DNA from: an uncultured Thiohalobacter sp.
Lineage (GTDB): Bacteria > Pseudomonadota > Gammaproteobacteria > DSM-19610
Direction of reading: 5' to 3'
Assembly (NCBI GenBank): GCA_964433205.1
Contig: CAYSRA010000003.1
Span: forward strand, 670-64,669
Length of the DNA stretch: 64,000 nt
Positions 20,714-30,394 of this stretch are shown piece after piece. Positions within the stretch are counted from its first letter, which is position 1. The number at the start of each line of letters is the position of its first letter. Position numbers and translations under genes: made by a program. The notes below the pieces were generated by a model. It saw only the letters and a program-made list of their open reading frames with translations. It made no database searches and was not told the DNA's origin.

Positions 20714-20943
20714 CGGGCCCGGCGCGCGCGTCGTCCTCAATCCTGAACTACACTGGTTGGCTGACGCGCGCGTAATCATCAAGCGCCGGATTTTTCATAT
20801 TGCATAGCCCCAAAAGGGCCGTGGTATATTCCTTTAATTTGCGAGGGACTTTACCCACCCCGGGGTCGTATATTAGAATGTACCGATTTTATTGACCCGT
20901 TTCCCGGGTCAGGGCCAGATCGCACATACGAGGCAGAAAAAAC

Positions 20944-22398
20944 ATGGCACAGGCAGGTATGGGAAGTACGCAACAGTACAACTATGAAATCATCAGAAAG
21001 TTCGCTTTTATGGCGCTGGTGTGGGGTGTGCTCGGCATGGGTGTCGGCGTTTATATCGCCTCGGAACTGGCGTGGCCTTTTCTGAACTTCGACATTCCGC
21101 AAATCACCTTCGGGCGCCTGCGCCCGGTGCACACCACACTGGTTATTTTCGGTTTTGGTGGCAGTGCCCTGTTTGCGACCTCCTATTACATTGTTCAGCG
21201 TACCTGCCAGACACGTCTGTACAGCGACTGGATGGCAACGTTCACGTTCTGGGGCTGGCAGTCGGCGATTGCCCTGGGTGTGATCAGCTACATGCTGGGT
21301 TACACCCAGGCGCGTGAATATGCCGAGTTCGAATGGCCTATCGATCTGATCATCCTGGTGACCTGGGTGATATACTTTATAATATACGTACAGACCCTGC
21401 GTCGTCGTTCGCAGCCGCACATCTACGTGGCGAACTGGTTCTTCATTGCGTTCCTGCTGGTTATTGCGTTATTGCATATTTTCAACAACCTTGCCGTGCC
21501 GGTGGGGATGTTCTCGGTCAAGTCCTACAGCCTGTTCTCCGGCGTACAGGACGCCATGACCCAGTGGTGGTACGGACATAACGCCGTTGGTTTCTTCCTG
21601 ACCGCTGCTTTCCTCGGCATGATGTACTACTTCGTACCCAAGCAGGCCGGGCGTCCCGTGTATTCCTACCGGCTGTCCATTGTGCATTTCTGGGCGTTGT
21701 CGTTCCTGTACATGTGGGTAGGGGCGCACCATCTGCACTGGACGGCGTTGCCGGACTGGACCTCGACGCTGGCGGCGACGTTCTCCATTATGCTGTTGCT
21801 GCCGTCGTGGGGTGGCATGATCAACGGCATCATGACGCTGTCCGGCGCCTGGGACCGTCTGCGCACCGACCCGATCATGCTGTTCCTGATCACCGCGCTG
21901 TCGTTCTACGGCATGTCGACCTTCGAAGGTCCGCTGATGTCGCTGAAGAGCGTGAACGCGCTGTCCCACTATACTGACTGGACGATCGGTCACGTGCATT
22001 CCGGTGCGCTGGGCTGGGTGGCGATGGTGACCTTCGGTTCCTTCTACCACATGATCCCGCGTCTTTACGATACGCGCCTGTACAGCACCCGGCTGGTGTA
22101 CGTGCACTTCTGGCTGGCGACCATCGGTATCATCCTCTATATCACTGCAATGTGGGTAGCGGGCATCTTCCAGGGCCTGATGCTGCGCAGCTTTGATGAC
22201 TACGGCAACCTGGCCTACACCTTCGTGGAAACAGTGGCATTCCTGCACAGCCCGTACATGGTGCGTGCACTGGGCGGCGCGTTCTTCCTGACGGGTATCC
22301 TGGTGATGTCCTGGAACATCTACATGACCGTGCGTAATGCCCGGGTCGAGGCAGCCGAGCTGGAAGCCAAACTTGCGGCCAAGATGGCGCGTATCTGA
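20944..22398 (+). CDS. ccoN: cbb3-type cytochrome c oxidase subunit I
   Basis: 484 aa; [28 protein letters not shown]. Confidence 0.96.
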   Translation: MAQAGMGSTQQYNYEIIRKFAFMALVWGVLGMGVGVYIASELAWPFLNFDIPQITFGRLRPVHTTLVIFGFGGSALFATSYYIVQRTCQTRLYSDWMATFTFWGWQSAIALGVISYMLGYTQAREYAEFEWPIDLIILVTWVIYFIIYVQTLRRRSQPHIYVANWFFIAFLLVIALLHIFNNLAVPVGMFSVKSYSLFSGVQDAMTQWWYGHNAVGFFLTAAFLGMMYYFVPKQAGRPVYSYRLSIVHFWALSFLYMWVGAHHLHWTALPDWTSTLAATFSIMLLLPSWGGMINGIMTLSGAWDRLRTDPIMLFLITALSFYGMSTFEGPLMSLKSVNALSHYTDWTIGHVHSGALGWVAMVTFGSFYHMIPRLYDTRLYSTRLVYVHFWLATIGIILYITAMWVAGIFQGLMLRSFDDYGNLAYTFVETVAFLHSPYMVRALGGAFFLTGILVMSWNIYMTVRNARVEAAELEAKLAAKMARI

Positions 22399-22415
22399 TT
22401 CTGGAGTAGAGAAAA

Positions 22416-23153
22416 GTGATCAAGCACGAGAGTATCGAAACGAATGCCGGCCTGCTGATTGTGCTGACCCTGATTGTGGTCAGTATCGGCGGCCTGGTTG
22501 AAATCGTCCCGCTGTTTTTTATCAACGACACGGTTGAGGATGTCGATGGTGTACGGCCCTACACCGCGCTGGAACTGCGTGGCCGTGATATCTACACGCG
22601 TGAAGGTTGCTACCTCTGCCATTCGCAGATGATCCGGCCGTTCCGCGACGAGGACCTGCGTTACGGACACTACTCGCTGGCGGCAGAGTCGCAGTATGAC
22701 CATCCGTTCCAGTGGGGCTCCAAGCGCACCGGGCCGGATCTCGCGCGTGTGGGTAAAAAGTACTCCAATGAGTGGCATGTGGCGCACCTGACCAATCCGC
22801 GCAGTGTCGTTCCACAATCCATCATGCCGAACTACCCCTGGCTGCTGGAGAATGATCTCGATTATTCCGACGTACAGGACCGGATGCGCGCGCTGAAGAA
22901 GGCCGGCGTCCCGTACTCGGAGACCCAGCAGGAGTACGATGCCAATGTCGCGCAGTTCGGCAAGGCCGTGGCGGACAAGCTGGATATTCTTCACGCGGAG
23001 GAAAATCTGCTGGCCCAGGCGCTGTCCAATGATTATGACGGACAGCGTTCCCGCATTACTGAAATGGACGCGTTGATCGCTTACCTGCAGGTGCTGGGCA
23101 CCATGGTTGATTTCAGCAAATACAACGAAGGTTACTTCGTAGAGTTCCGTTAG
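22416..23153 (+). CDS. ccoO: cbb3-type cytochrome c oxidase subunit II (monohaem)
   Basis: [20 protein letters not shown] and GPDLARVG. Confidence 0.95.
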   Translation: MIKHESIETNAGLLIVLTLIVVSIGGLVEIVPLFFINDTVEDVDGVRPYTALELRGRDIYTREGCYLCHSQMIRPFRDEDLRYGHYSLAAESQYDHPFQWGSKRTGPDLARVGKKYSNEWHVAHLTNPRSVVPQSIMPNYPWLLENDLDYSDVQDRMRALKKAGVPYSETQQEYDANVAQFGKAVADKLDILHAEENLLAQALSNDYDGQRSRITEMDALIAYLQVLGTMVDFSKYNEGYFVEFR

Positions 23154-23169
23154 GTCGGACGAGGAGAGC

Positions 23170-23373
23170 GTGATGCCCGAATGGCTGCTCTGGTTTACGC
23201 GGTTCGAGAACACCAAGGTGTTTGCCGTGGTGCTGTTTTTCGTGACCTTTTGCGGAATCCTGCTTTATGTTTATACGGGGAAGGCCCGGACCGAACGACT
23301 GGAGTCGTACAGGTTCATTCCCCTGGATGACGACGATTCAGATCTGGATGCCGGTGACGGCGAGGTAAAATAA
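23170..23373 (+). CDS. ccoQ: cbb3-type oxidase subunit CcoQ
   Basis: 67-aa single-TM protein between ccoO and ccoP. Confidence 0.8.
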   Translation: MMPEWLLWFTRFENTKVFAVVLFFVTFCGILLYVYTGKARTERLESYRFIPLDDDDSDLDAGDGEVK

Positions 23374-23375
23374 CG

Positions 23376-24302
23376 ATGAGTGATGCAAAGAAACCCCAGT
23401 CTGCGGTGCAGACCACGGGCCACGCCTGGGACGGTGATATCCAGGAGTTCAACAATCCGTTGCCGAACTGGTGGCTGTGGTCGTTCTACGCGACGGTGGT
23501 GTTTGCCGTGGTGTACTGGATTTTTTACCCCGCCTGGCCGGTCGGTGGAAGTTATACCACCGGTGTCATGAACAATATCACCTTCATCGACAGTGACGGC
23601 ACGGAAAAAACCACCCACTGGAATACACGTGCCCTGCTGCTGAAGGAACTCCAGGAAGGCAAGTCTGCAACGCTGAGTCGGGAGTACCTGGAGAAGGTGC
23701 GTGATGCCGATTACCAGACCATCCTTGGTGATGCAGAAATGATGGCTTTCACGCGTTCCATGGCGGTGGGGCTGTTCGGTGACAACTGCATGCCCTGTCA
23801 CGGTGCCGGCGGTGCCGGTGTGATGGGTCTGTTCCCCAACCTCGCGGACGATGACTGGCTGTGGGGCGGTACTGTCGAGGATATCGAGGCGACTATCACC
23901 AATGGGCGTTACGGTTTCATGCCGTCGTTCCGTGAGACCTTCGACGACCGGCAGCTTGGCGATGTTGCTTCGTACGTGCTGTCGTTGTCGGGGCAGGAAG
24001 TCGATAAGGTCGAAGCCGCGCGCGGCAGGGACATTTTCCAGACCCAGGTAGGTGGTTGCTACTATTGCCACGGTACCGATGGCAAGGGTATGAAGTCGCA
24101 GGGCTCGGCGAATCTGACCGACCAGATCTGGACCATTGCCGACGTACCGGGCGCACAAACGCTGGATAAGAAGAAATCGCTGGTCGAGCACGTCATTGTC
24201 AACGGTGTGCAGCGCACCATGCCGGCCTGGAAGGATCGTCTGGATGCCACCCAGATCAAGTTGTTGACAGTCTATGTTCATGAGCTCGGAGGCGGCCAGT
24301 AG
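23376..24302 (+). CDS. ccoP: cbb3-type cytochrome c oxidase subunit III (dihaem)
   Basis: Two haem-c motifs, CMPCHG and CYYCHG. N-terminal TM. Confidence 0.95.
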   Translation: MSDAKKPQSAVQTTGHAWDGDIQEFNNPLPNWWLWSFYATVVFAVVYWIFYPAWPVGGSYTTGVMNNITFIDSDGTEKTTHWNTRALLLKELQEGKSATLSREYLEKVRDADYQTILGDAEMMAFTRSMAVGLFGDNCMPCHGAGGAGVMGLFPNLADDDWLWGGTVEDIEATITNGRYGFMPSFRETFDDRQLGDVASYVLSLSGQEVDKVEAARGRDIFQTQVGGCYYCHGTDGKGMKSQGSANLTDQIWTIADVPGAQTLDKKKSLVEHVIVNGVQRTMPAWKDRLDATQIKLLTVYVHELGGGQ

Positions 24303-24338
24303 CGCTGGTTGACGCAGCCGGGTGCATGTTTTGCTGAT

Positions 24339-25760
24339 ATGACAGAGAAAGCCGGTCAGGCACTGCACCAGGCGCGTATCCCCATTTATCCGCGCTCCGT
24401 CAAGGGGCGCTTCAGGACACTGAAGTGGGGCATACTCACGCTTGCTTACAGCGTGTACTTTCTGTTGCCCTGGTTACGCTGGGAGCGCAACGCGGGGCCG
24501 AACCAGGCGGTGTTGTTCGACATCGCCGATCGCAAGTTCTATATCTTTGACCTGGTCGTACACGCCCAGGATCTGTTCTGGTTGACGGGTCTTTTGCTGG
24601 TCGCCGCACTGCTGCTGTTTTTCGTGACCGGTATTGCGGGGCGCGTGTTCTGCGGCTACTTCTGTTTTCAGACCTTGTGGACGGATCTCTACCTGCTGAT
24701 CGAGCGGCTGGTGCAGGGCGACCGCGTAGCGCGCATCCGTCTCGACAAATCGCCGTGGAACGCCAACAAGTTGCTGCGCAAGCTGCTCACGCACTTGCTG
24801 TGGCTGGCCGTTGCGTTCTGGACCGGGCTGACCTTTACCCTGTACTGGGACAATGCGCCGGAACTGATCGTCAGGTTTTTCAGCGGCACGGCACCGTTTG
24901 CCGCTTATGCGACTACGCTGTTCCTTACCGCGACCACCTACGTGATGGCGGGTCTGGCGCGCGAGCAGGTGTGTACCTACATGTGCCCCTATGCGCGCTT
25001 CCAGTCGGTCATGTTCGATGCGGACACGCGTATCGTGGCTTATGACGTCGCGCGGGGCGAAGGCAAGGCCGGCCGCCACAAGGTCACGCGCGATCTGAAA
25101 ACGCTGGAGCAGCGTCAGCAGCAGGGTGTTGGTGAATGTATCGACTGCGGTTACTGCGTGCAGGTCTGCCCGACCGGCATCGACATCCGTGACGGCCTGC
25201 AGGTACAGTGCATCACCTGCGCACTGTGCATCGACGCATGCGACACCATCATGGCCAAGCTCGGCTGGGGCAAGGGCCTGATCCGCTATACATCCGAAAA
25301 GGAAGCGCGCGGCGAAGAAAGCCGGATCTGGAAACCCAGGACCATTGGCTACGGGCTGATCCTGCTGGCAGCGGCGACGGCGTTGGTCTGGAGTATCAGT
25401 AACCAGGCGCCACTGGAATTGTCGGTGGTGCAGGTGCGCCAGCCGTTGTTCGTGCGGCTGTCGGACGGGCGGATACAGAACAGCTATGAACTGCACATCG
25501 AAAACAAGACCGACCAGCCGGTGAAGGTGGTGATCATGTTGCGCGGCCTGGCCGGCGCCGAGCTGGACATCGGGAAACTTTCGTCAATCGAGGTCGGGCC
25601 GCAGCGCAGCCTGCGCGTGCATGCGCGGGTACGCTGGGACAGCGGCCACAAACTCAAGGGCTCGCGAAGTTTCGAATTCAACATCGTGCCGCAGACGCGC
25701 CGGGAGATCGGCATGGTCAGTGCGCCGGCGACATTCTACCTGCCGGGCAGCGAAAACTGA
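24339..25760 (+). CDS. ccoG: Cytochrome c oxidase accessory protein CcoG/FixG (4Fe-4S)
   Basis: CIDCGYCVQVCP and CITCALCIDAC ferredoxin motifs with multiple TMs. The track starts at TTG 24309; ATG 24339 preferred. Confidence 0.92.
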   Translation: MTEKAGQALHQARIPIYPRSVKGRFRTLKWGILTLAYSVYFLLPWLRWERNAGPNQAVLFDIADRKFYIFDLVVHAQDLFWLTGLLLVAALLLFFVTGIAGRVFCGYFCFQTLWTDLYLLIERLVQGDRVARIRLDKSPWNANKLLRKLLTHLLWLAVAFWTGLTFTLYWDNAPELIVRFFSGTAPFAAYATTLFLTATTYVMAGLAREQVCTYMCPYARFQSVMFDADTRIVAYDVARGEGKAGRHKVTRDLKTLEQRQQQGVGECIDCGYCVQVCPTGIDIRDGLQVQCITCALCIDACDTIMAKLGWGKGLIRYTSEKEARGEESRIWKPRTIGYGLILLAAATALVWSISNQAPLELSVVQVRQPLFVRLSDGRIQNSYELHIENKTDQPVKVVIMLRGLAGAELDIGKLSSIEVGPQRSLRVHARVRWDSGHKLKGSRSFEFNIVPQTRREIGMVSAPATFYLPGSEN

Positions 25761-26587
25761 TGCTGCAGTCGCTGCTGGCTCTGCCGCTGGGCGTTGCTAC
25801 CGAAGTGCTGGTGTTTCTGGCGCTCTATCGACTGACGCCGATGAACGGTCGCCAGGCCGCCGTGGTCGTTGCCATGCTGGCATTTGCCGCGCTGCTCCTC
25901 GACAGTCTTTTCGACTGGCCGGGTGCCGATGTGCTGGCCATGTATGTCGCCGTGCTGCTGGTGTCGGCCTATCTGCTCGGAATTGTCAGTTCTTCACGCG
26001 AGCGACACCAGCGTGAAACGGTGCAGGGCAAACGCTGGTTCCACTGGGGGCCGGCTATTATCGTTATGTTCTTTGTTACGCTGTTTGCAGTGGACGGGGT
26101 GCTGGTGGTGATATCCAGCCAGGGACTGCCTCGCCCGATTGCCGACTGGCTGTTACCGGGGCGTGGGCAGGAAAACGTTAATTCAGTGTTTCCCGGCACC
26201 GTGGCGCGCGATTTCCAGAAAAAAGAGGCGCTGTATAACAAGTACCTCAAACAGGTCGAGCGTCAGCATGCGCGGGGCTGGCAGGTCAGCAAGGGCTGGC
26301 TGGAAGCACCGCGTGCCGGTCGTCCCGAGATTTTTCAGGTCAGGGTGCTTGGGCGCGACGGTACGCCGGTAAGTGGTGCCACGGTCGGTGGCAGCTTTCA
26401 GCGCCCTTCCGACAGCCGCCTGGACCAGGCCTTTGAACTGACCGAGGTCGAGCCGGGGCTGTACCGTGGCCGGATCATCTTGCCGCAACCGGGTATGTGG
26501 CACCTGTTATTGCAGATACGACGTGGTGACGACTTGCACGAGATACATGCGGACACTTCGGTTCGCGCGGCAGATACGGCACCTTGA
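25760..26587 (+). CDS. ccoH: FixH/CcoH family protein with extra N-terminal TM helices
   Basis: Sits between ccoG and ccoI. C-terminal Ig-like part [20 protein letters not shown]...[26 protein letters not shown] overlaps the ccoG stop. Confidence 0.8.
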   Translation: MLQSLLALPLGVATEVLVFLALYRLTPMNGRQAAVVVAMLAFAALLLDSLFDWPGADVLAMYVAVLLVSAYLLGIVSSSRERHQRETVQGKRWFHWGPAIIVMFFVTLFAVDGVLVVISSQGLPRPIADWLLPGRGQENVNSVFPGTVARDFQKKEALYNKYLKQVERQHARGWQVSKGWLEAPRAGRPEIFQVRVLGRDGTPVSGATVGGSFQRPSDSRLDQAFELTEVEPGLYRGRIILPQPGMWHLLLQIRRGDDLHEIHADTSVRAADTAP

Positions 26588-28992
26588 ATGACTCAACCGG
26601 TAAAACGGAATGTTTTCATTGCGGCCTGCCGGTGCCGCCGGGTTCTGACTACACCGTTGAAATAGACGGCCGGGTGCAGCCGATGTGCTGCCGTGGCTGT
26701 CAGGCCGTGGCCCGTGCCATCGTCGACGGCGGGCTCGTCGATTTCTACCGCTACCGTACTGAAAAATCTCCGCAGGCGCGTGACCTGGTGCCGGAGCAGC
26801 TCGACGAGCTGGCCCTGTTCGACCGCGACGACCTGCAAAAGAGTTTTGTGCGTCAGCGGCCGGATGATCAACGTGAGGCGTCGTTGATCCTCGAAGGTAT
26901 CGTCTGCGCGGCCTGTGTCTGGCTCAACGAACGGCACGTCAAGTCACTGCCGGGTGTGCTCGACTTCACGGTCAACTACTCGACCCATCGTGCCCGCGTC
27001 AGCTGGGACAATAAACGCATCCACCTCAGCGAAATTCTTGAGGCGATCAGCGCGATCGGCTACCACGCCCACCCGTTTGACCCCGGGCGCCAGGAGCAAC
27101 TCTATAAACAGGAACGCACCCGTGCCCTGCGTCGGCTGGCGGTCGCGGGGCTGGGCATGATGCAGGTGATGATGCTCGCGGTCGCGCTGTACGCCGGTGA
27201 GGCGGAGGGGATGGACGCCGGCCTTCGTCAGTTCCTGCGCTGGGTGAGCCTGCTGCTGACGACACCGGTCGTGGTGTACTCGGCGCGGCCTTTTTTCGCC
27301 AGCGCCTGGCGCGATTTGAAACGTCGTCGGCCGGGCATGGACGTGCCGGTCACGCTGGCAATCAGCGGCGCGTTTTTCGCCAGCGCCTGGGCGACGGTCA
27401 TCAACCAGGGGGAGGTCTATTTCGACTCGGTCACCATGTTCACCTTCTTTCTGCTGGCGGGCCGGTTCCTGGAAATGGGCGCACGCCACCGCGCCGGCCA
27501 GGCCGCCGAGGAACTGGTCAAGCTGTTGCCGGCGACCGCTGCGCGGCTGGACGAAGACGGTGAACAGCGCGTGCCGGTGGCCGACCTCGCCGTCGGCGAC
27601 CGGGTGCTGGTGCGGCCCGGTGAGAGCGTACCCGCCGACGGTCGGGTGGTCGAGGGCCGCAGTTCGGTAGACGAGTCGCTGCTGACCGGCGAGAGCCGGC
27701 CCTGTCTGCGCCAGCCAGGTGACCTGTTGGTTGGTGGCACCGTCAACAACGAAAGTCCGCTGGTCATGGAGATCGAGAAGATTGGCGAGGAGACGGTGCT
27801 GTCGGCCATTGTGCGCCTGCTGGACCGGGCGCAGACGGAGAAGCCGTCGGTGGCGCGGATCGCGGACCGGGTTGCCGGCTGGTTTGTCAGTGTACTGCTG
27901 TTACTGGCGATTGGCGTTGCGGTCTGGTGGTGGCAGTACGATCCGGCCCATGCTTTTGCCGTCACCCTGTCGGTGCTGGTGGTGACCTGCCCCTGTGCGC
28001 TGTCGCTGGCGACGCCGGCCGCCGTTACGGCGGCAACCGGGGCCCTGACCCGTATGGGTGTGTTGACGACCCGGGGGCACGCGCTGGAAACGCTGGCGCA
28101 CGCAACGCACATGATATTCGACAAGACCGGCACCCTGACGGAAGGCCGGCTGACACTTGCGCAGGTCGAGTTGCTGTCCACGCTCGATCGCGAACAGTGC
28201 CTGCGCCTGGCTGCCGCGCTGGAGCAGGCGTCGGAGCACCCGATTGCTGCTGCCCTGGGCCATGAAGTGGATACTGTCAGCGAGGCGGAAGCGCTGGTCG
28301 CCACGCCGGGTGGTGGCATCGAGGGCTGCGTCGATGGGCGCCGCTACCGCATCGGAACCGCGGCGTTTGTCATCGGCTTGCAGTCGCAGACGCCCGCCGG
28401 TGCCTTGCCCGGGGGGGTCGTGCTGGGCGACGAAAACGGCCTGCTGGCGCACTTCCTGTTCACCGACCCGCTGCGCGAGAATGCGCGCGAAGCCGTGACC
28501 CGGCTGCGTAAACTGGGTCTGGAAATCGAACTGTTGAGCGGTGACGAGCAGGGGGCCGTGCAGCAGATTGCCGAACAGCTGGGGATCTCGCACGCGCAGG
28601 CACGCTGCCGACCGGAAGACAAGCTGGCGCGTATCCGCGCGTTGCAGGAGCAGGGTGCCATCGTCGCCATGGTGGGTGATGGTGTGAATGACGCGCCGGT
28701 ACTGGCTGCCGCCCAGGTATCGATTGCCATGGGCGGCGGTACCCAACTGGCACACGCCAGCGCAGATATGGTGCTGTTGTCGGAGCAGCTTCCCCACCTT
28801 GCAGACGCGGTTCGTACCAGCCGGCGTACGCTGGCGGTGATTCGTCAGAATCTGGGTTGGGCGCTGGGGTATAATCTGCTGGCGGTGCCGCTGGCGGCCA
28901 GCGGCCAGATAGCGCCGTGGATGGCAGCGATCGGCATGTCGGCGAGTTCGCTGGTGGTGGTTCTGAACGCGCTGCGTCTACGGCAGGGTTGA
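26584..28992 (+). CDS. ccoI: Copper-translocating P1B-type ATPase CcoI/FixI
   Basis: N-terminal CFHCGLPVP, transmembrane CPC, DKTGTLT and GDGVNDAP. Confidence 0.95.
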   Translation: MNDSTGKTECFHCGLPVPPGSDYTVEIDGRVQPMCCRGCQAVARAIVDGGLVDFYRYRTEKSPQARDLVPEQLDELALFDRDDLQKSFVRQRPDDQREASLILEGIVCAACVWLNERHVKSLPGVLDFTVNYSTHRARVSWDNKRIHLSEILEAISAIGYHAHPFDPGRQEQLYKQERTRALRRLAVAGLGMMQVMMLAVALYAGEAEGMDAGLRQFLRWVSLLLTTPVVVYSARPFFASAWRDLKRRRPGMDVPVTLAISGAFFASAWATVINQGEVYFDSVTMFTFFLLAGRFLEMGARHRAGQAAEELVKLLPATAARLDEDGEQRVPVADLAVGDRVLVRPGESVPADGRVVEGRSSVDESLLTGESRPCLRQPGDLLVGGTVNNESPLVMEIEKIGEETVLSAIVRLLDRAQTEKPSVARIADRVAGWFVSVLLLLAIGVAVWWWQYDPAHAFAVTLSVLVVTCPCALSLATPAAVTAATGALTRMGVLTTRGHALETLAHATHMIFDKTGTLTEGRLTLAQVELLSTLDREQCLRLAAALEQASEHPIAAALGHEVDTVSEAEALVATPGGGIEGCVDGRRYRIGTAAFVIGLQSQTPAGALPGGVVLGDENGLLAHFLFTDPLRENAREAVTRLRKLGLEIELLSGDEQGAVQQIAEQLGISHAQARCRPEDKLARIRALQEQGAIVAMVGDGVNDAPVLAAAQVSIAMGGGTQLAHASADMVLLSEQLPHLADAVRTSRRTLAVIRQNLGWALGYNLLAVPLAASGQIAPWMAAIGMSASSLVVVLNALRLRQG

Positions 28993-29002
28993 GAGGTGTG
29001 TT

Positions 29003-29188
29003 GTGGATATTCTGTTTTTGCTCATTCCGATCAGCCTGATCATTATGGCGATCGCCATCGGCGTGTTCCTGTGGGCGATCCGTTCGGGGCAGTTCGAGGA
29101 CCTTGAAGGGCCGGCGCACCGGATCCTGATGGATGACGACGACCCGCTGATTCCGCGCAAGCCGCAATTGAAGGATGACGACGACTAA
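29003..29188 (+). CDS. ccoS: cbb3 oxidase maturation protein CcoS/FixS
   Basis: MDILFLLIPISLIIMAIAIGVFLWAIRSGQFEDLEG; 61 aa; GAGAGG SD. Confidence 0.9.
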   Translation: MDILFLLIPISLIIMAIAIGVFLWAIRSGQFEDLEGPAHRILMDDDDPLIPRKPQLKDDDD

Positions 29189-29251
29189 GATAAGATAGCG
29201 CTAATATTTAACGCGGCCGCTATAGCGCCATCCATAGTAGAGGATTTCAAC

Positions 29252-29344
29252 ATGTTTACGTTTCAGGGTTTCCCGATGGCCATCGTGATTGCGCTGGTAA
29301 CCATCGCCTGGTTGAGCTTCCTGTCGGTAATATTTTTCTCCTGA
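29252..29344 (+). CDS. Candidate 30-aa single-TM peptide
   Basis: Below the track cutoff. GAGGA 7 nt upstream of ATG 29252. Sequence MFTFQGFPMAIVIALVTIAWLSFLSVIFFS. Followed by the strong terminator. Confidence 0.45.
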   Translation: MFTFQGFPMAIVIALVTIAWLSFLSVIFFS

Positions 29345-29361
29345 TCGACGGCACGAGTGCT

Positions 29362-29390
29362 AAAAAAAACGGCCCTTTCGGGCCGTTTTT
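29362..29390. terminator. Bidirectional rho-independent terminator
   Basis: AAAAAAAACGGCCC-tttc-GGGCCGTTTTT between the cco assembly operon (+) and rpoH (-). Confidence 0.85.
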
Positions 29391-29410
29391 GCATTCAGGG
29401 GTACAGCGTT

Positions 29411-30271
29411 TTACGCCATCAGGGTCTTGAGTTTCCTGAGGGCATTTTTCTCCAGCTGACGGATCCGCTCCGCGGAAACTCCATATTGATCGGCCAGTCC
29501 CTGCAGCGTGGTCTTGTTCTCGCTCAACCAGCGCTGTTCGAGAATGGTACGGGAGCGTTCGTCAAGCTGCGCCAGTGCGTCCGTAAGCTGCCGGTTGTTC
29601 TGCTGGGCCCAGTCGATGGCCTCCAGCGTGTTGGCGGGATCCTCGTCGACCGGTGCCGCCAGGTAGGCCGCCGGTGTCCAGGCATCGTCGTCGTCACCCG
29701 CCTCGACCGGGTCAAAAGCAATATCCTGGCCGCTCAGACGCGACTCCATCTCCAGCACCGTGTCCGGGCTGACGCCCAGATCCTCGGCGACCGATTCGAC
29801 TTCTTCGCGGTTCAGCCAGCCCAGCCGCTTCTTGGCGCTGCGCAGGTTGAAGAACAGTTTGCGCTGCGCCTTGGTGGTGGCGACCTTGACGATGCGCCAG
29901 TTGCGCAACACGTACTCATGAATCTCAGCGCGGATCCAGTGCACCGCAAAAGACACCAGGCGCACACCGACGTCCGGATCGAAACGGCGTACCGCCTTCA
30001 TCAGGCCGATGCCGCCTTCCTGGATCAGGTCGGCCAGCGGCAGACCATAACCGGTGTAGCCGCGGGCAATCTTGACCACAAAGCGCAAATGAGACAGCAC
30101 CATTTCGCGCGCAGCTTCCACGTCGCCGTGGTCGCGCAGGCGAATGGCCAGCTCTCGCTCGCGTTCTGCGGTAAGCATCGGGATGCGGTTGACTGCCGCA
30201 AGATAACTGTCCAGCTGTTCGCCGGGTACGGGTAGAGCAATTGCCGATGTTGTGACCAGTGCGTTGCTCAT
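29411..30271 (-). CDS. rpoH: RNA polymerase sigma-32 factor
   Basis: RpoB box QRKLFFNLR. Regions 2 and 4 recognisable. ATG 30271 (MSNALVTTS) behind GGAGGAG; the track ORF is extended upstream to 30319. Confidence 0.95.
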   Translation of the reverse strand: MSNALVTTSAIALPVPGEQLDSYLAAVNRIPMLTAERERELAIRLRDHGDVEAAREMVLSHLRFVVKIARGYTGYGLPLADLIQEGGIGLMKAVRRFDPDVGVRLVSFAVHWIRAEIHEYVLRNWRIVKVATTKAQRKLFFNLRSAKKRLGWLNREEVESVAEDLGVSPDTVLEMESRLSGQDIAFDPVEAGDDDDAWTPAAYLAAPVDEDPANTLEAIDWAQQNNRQLTDALAQLDERSRTILEQRWLSENKTTLQGLADQYGVSAERIRQLEKNALRKLKTLMA

Positions 30272-30394
30272 CTTTTGCTCTCCTCCATGGTAACCACTGC
30301 CGTTAATATTAGCACTCAAAAAATAAGAGTGGTAACGGCAGAAAAAGTTCCTTTTTTCAGCGTGCCAGATGAAATTTTCCGGTTTCTTCGGGGG

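Noticed and set aside
20714-20943. Expected FNR/Anr box (TTGAT-N4-ATCAA) upstream of ccoN
   Set aside because: I scanned the spacer by eye and found no acceptable match, so none is reported as a feature.
29357-30235. 292-aa plus-strand ORF
   Set aside because: It is antisense to rpoH and starts inside the terminator hairpin.
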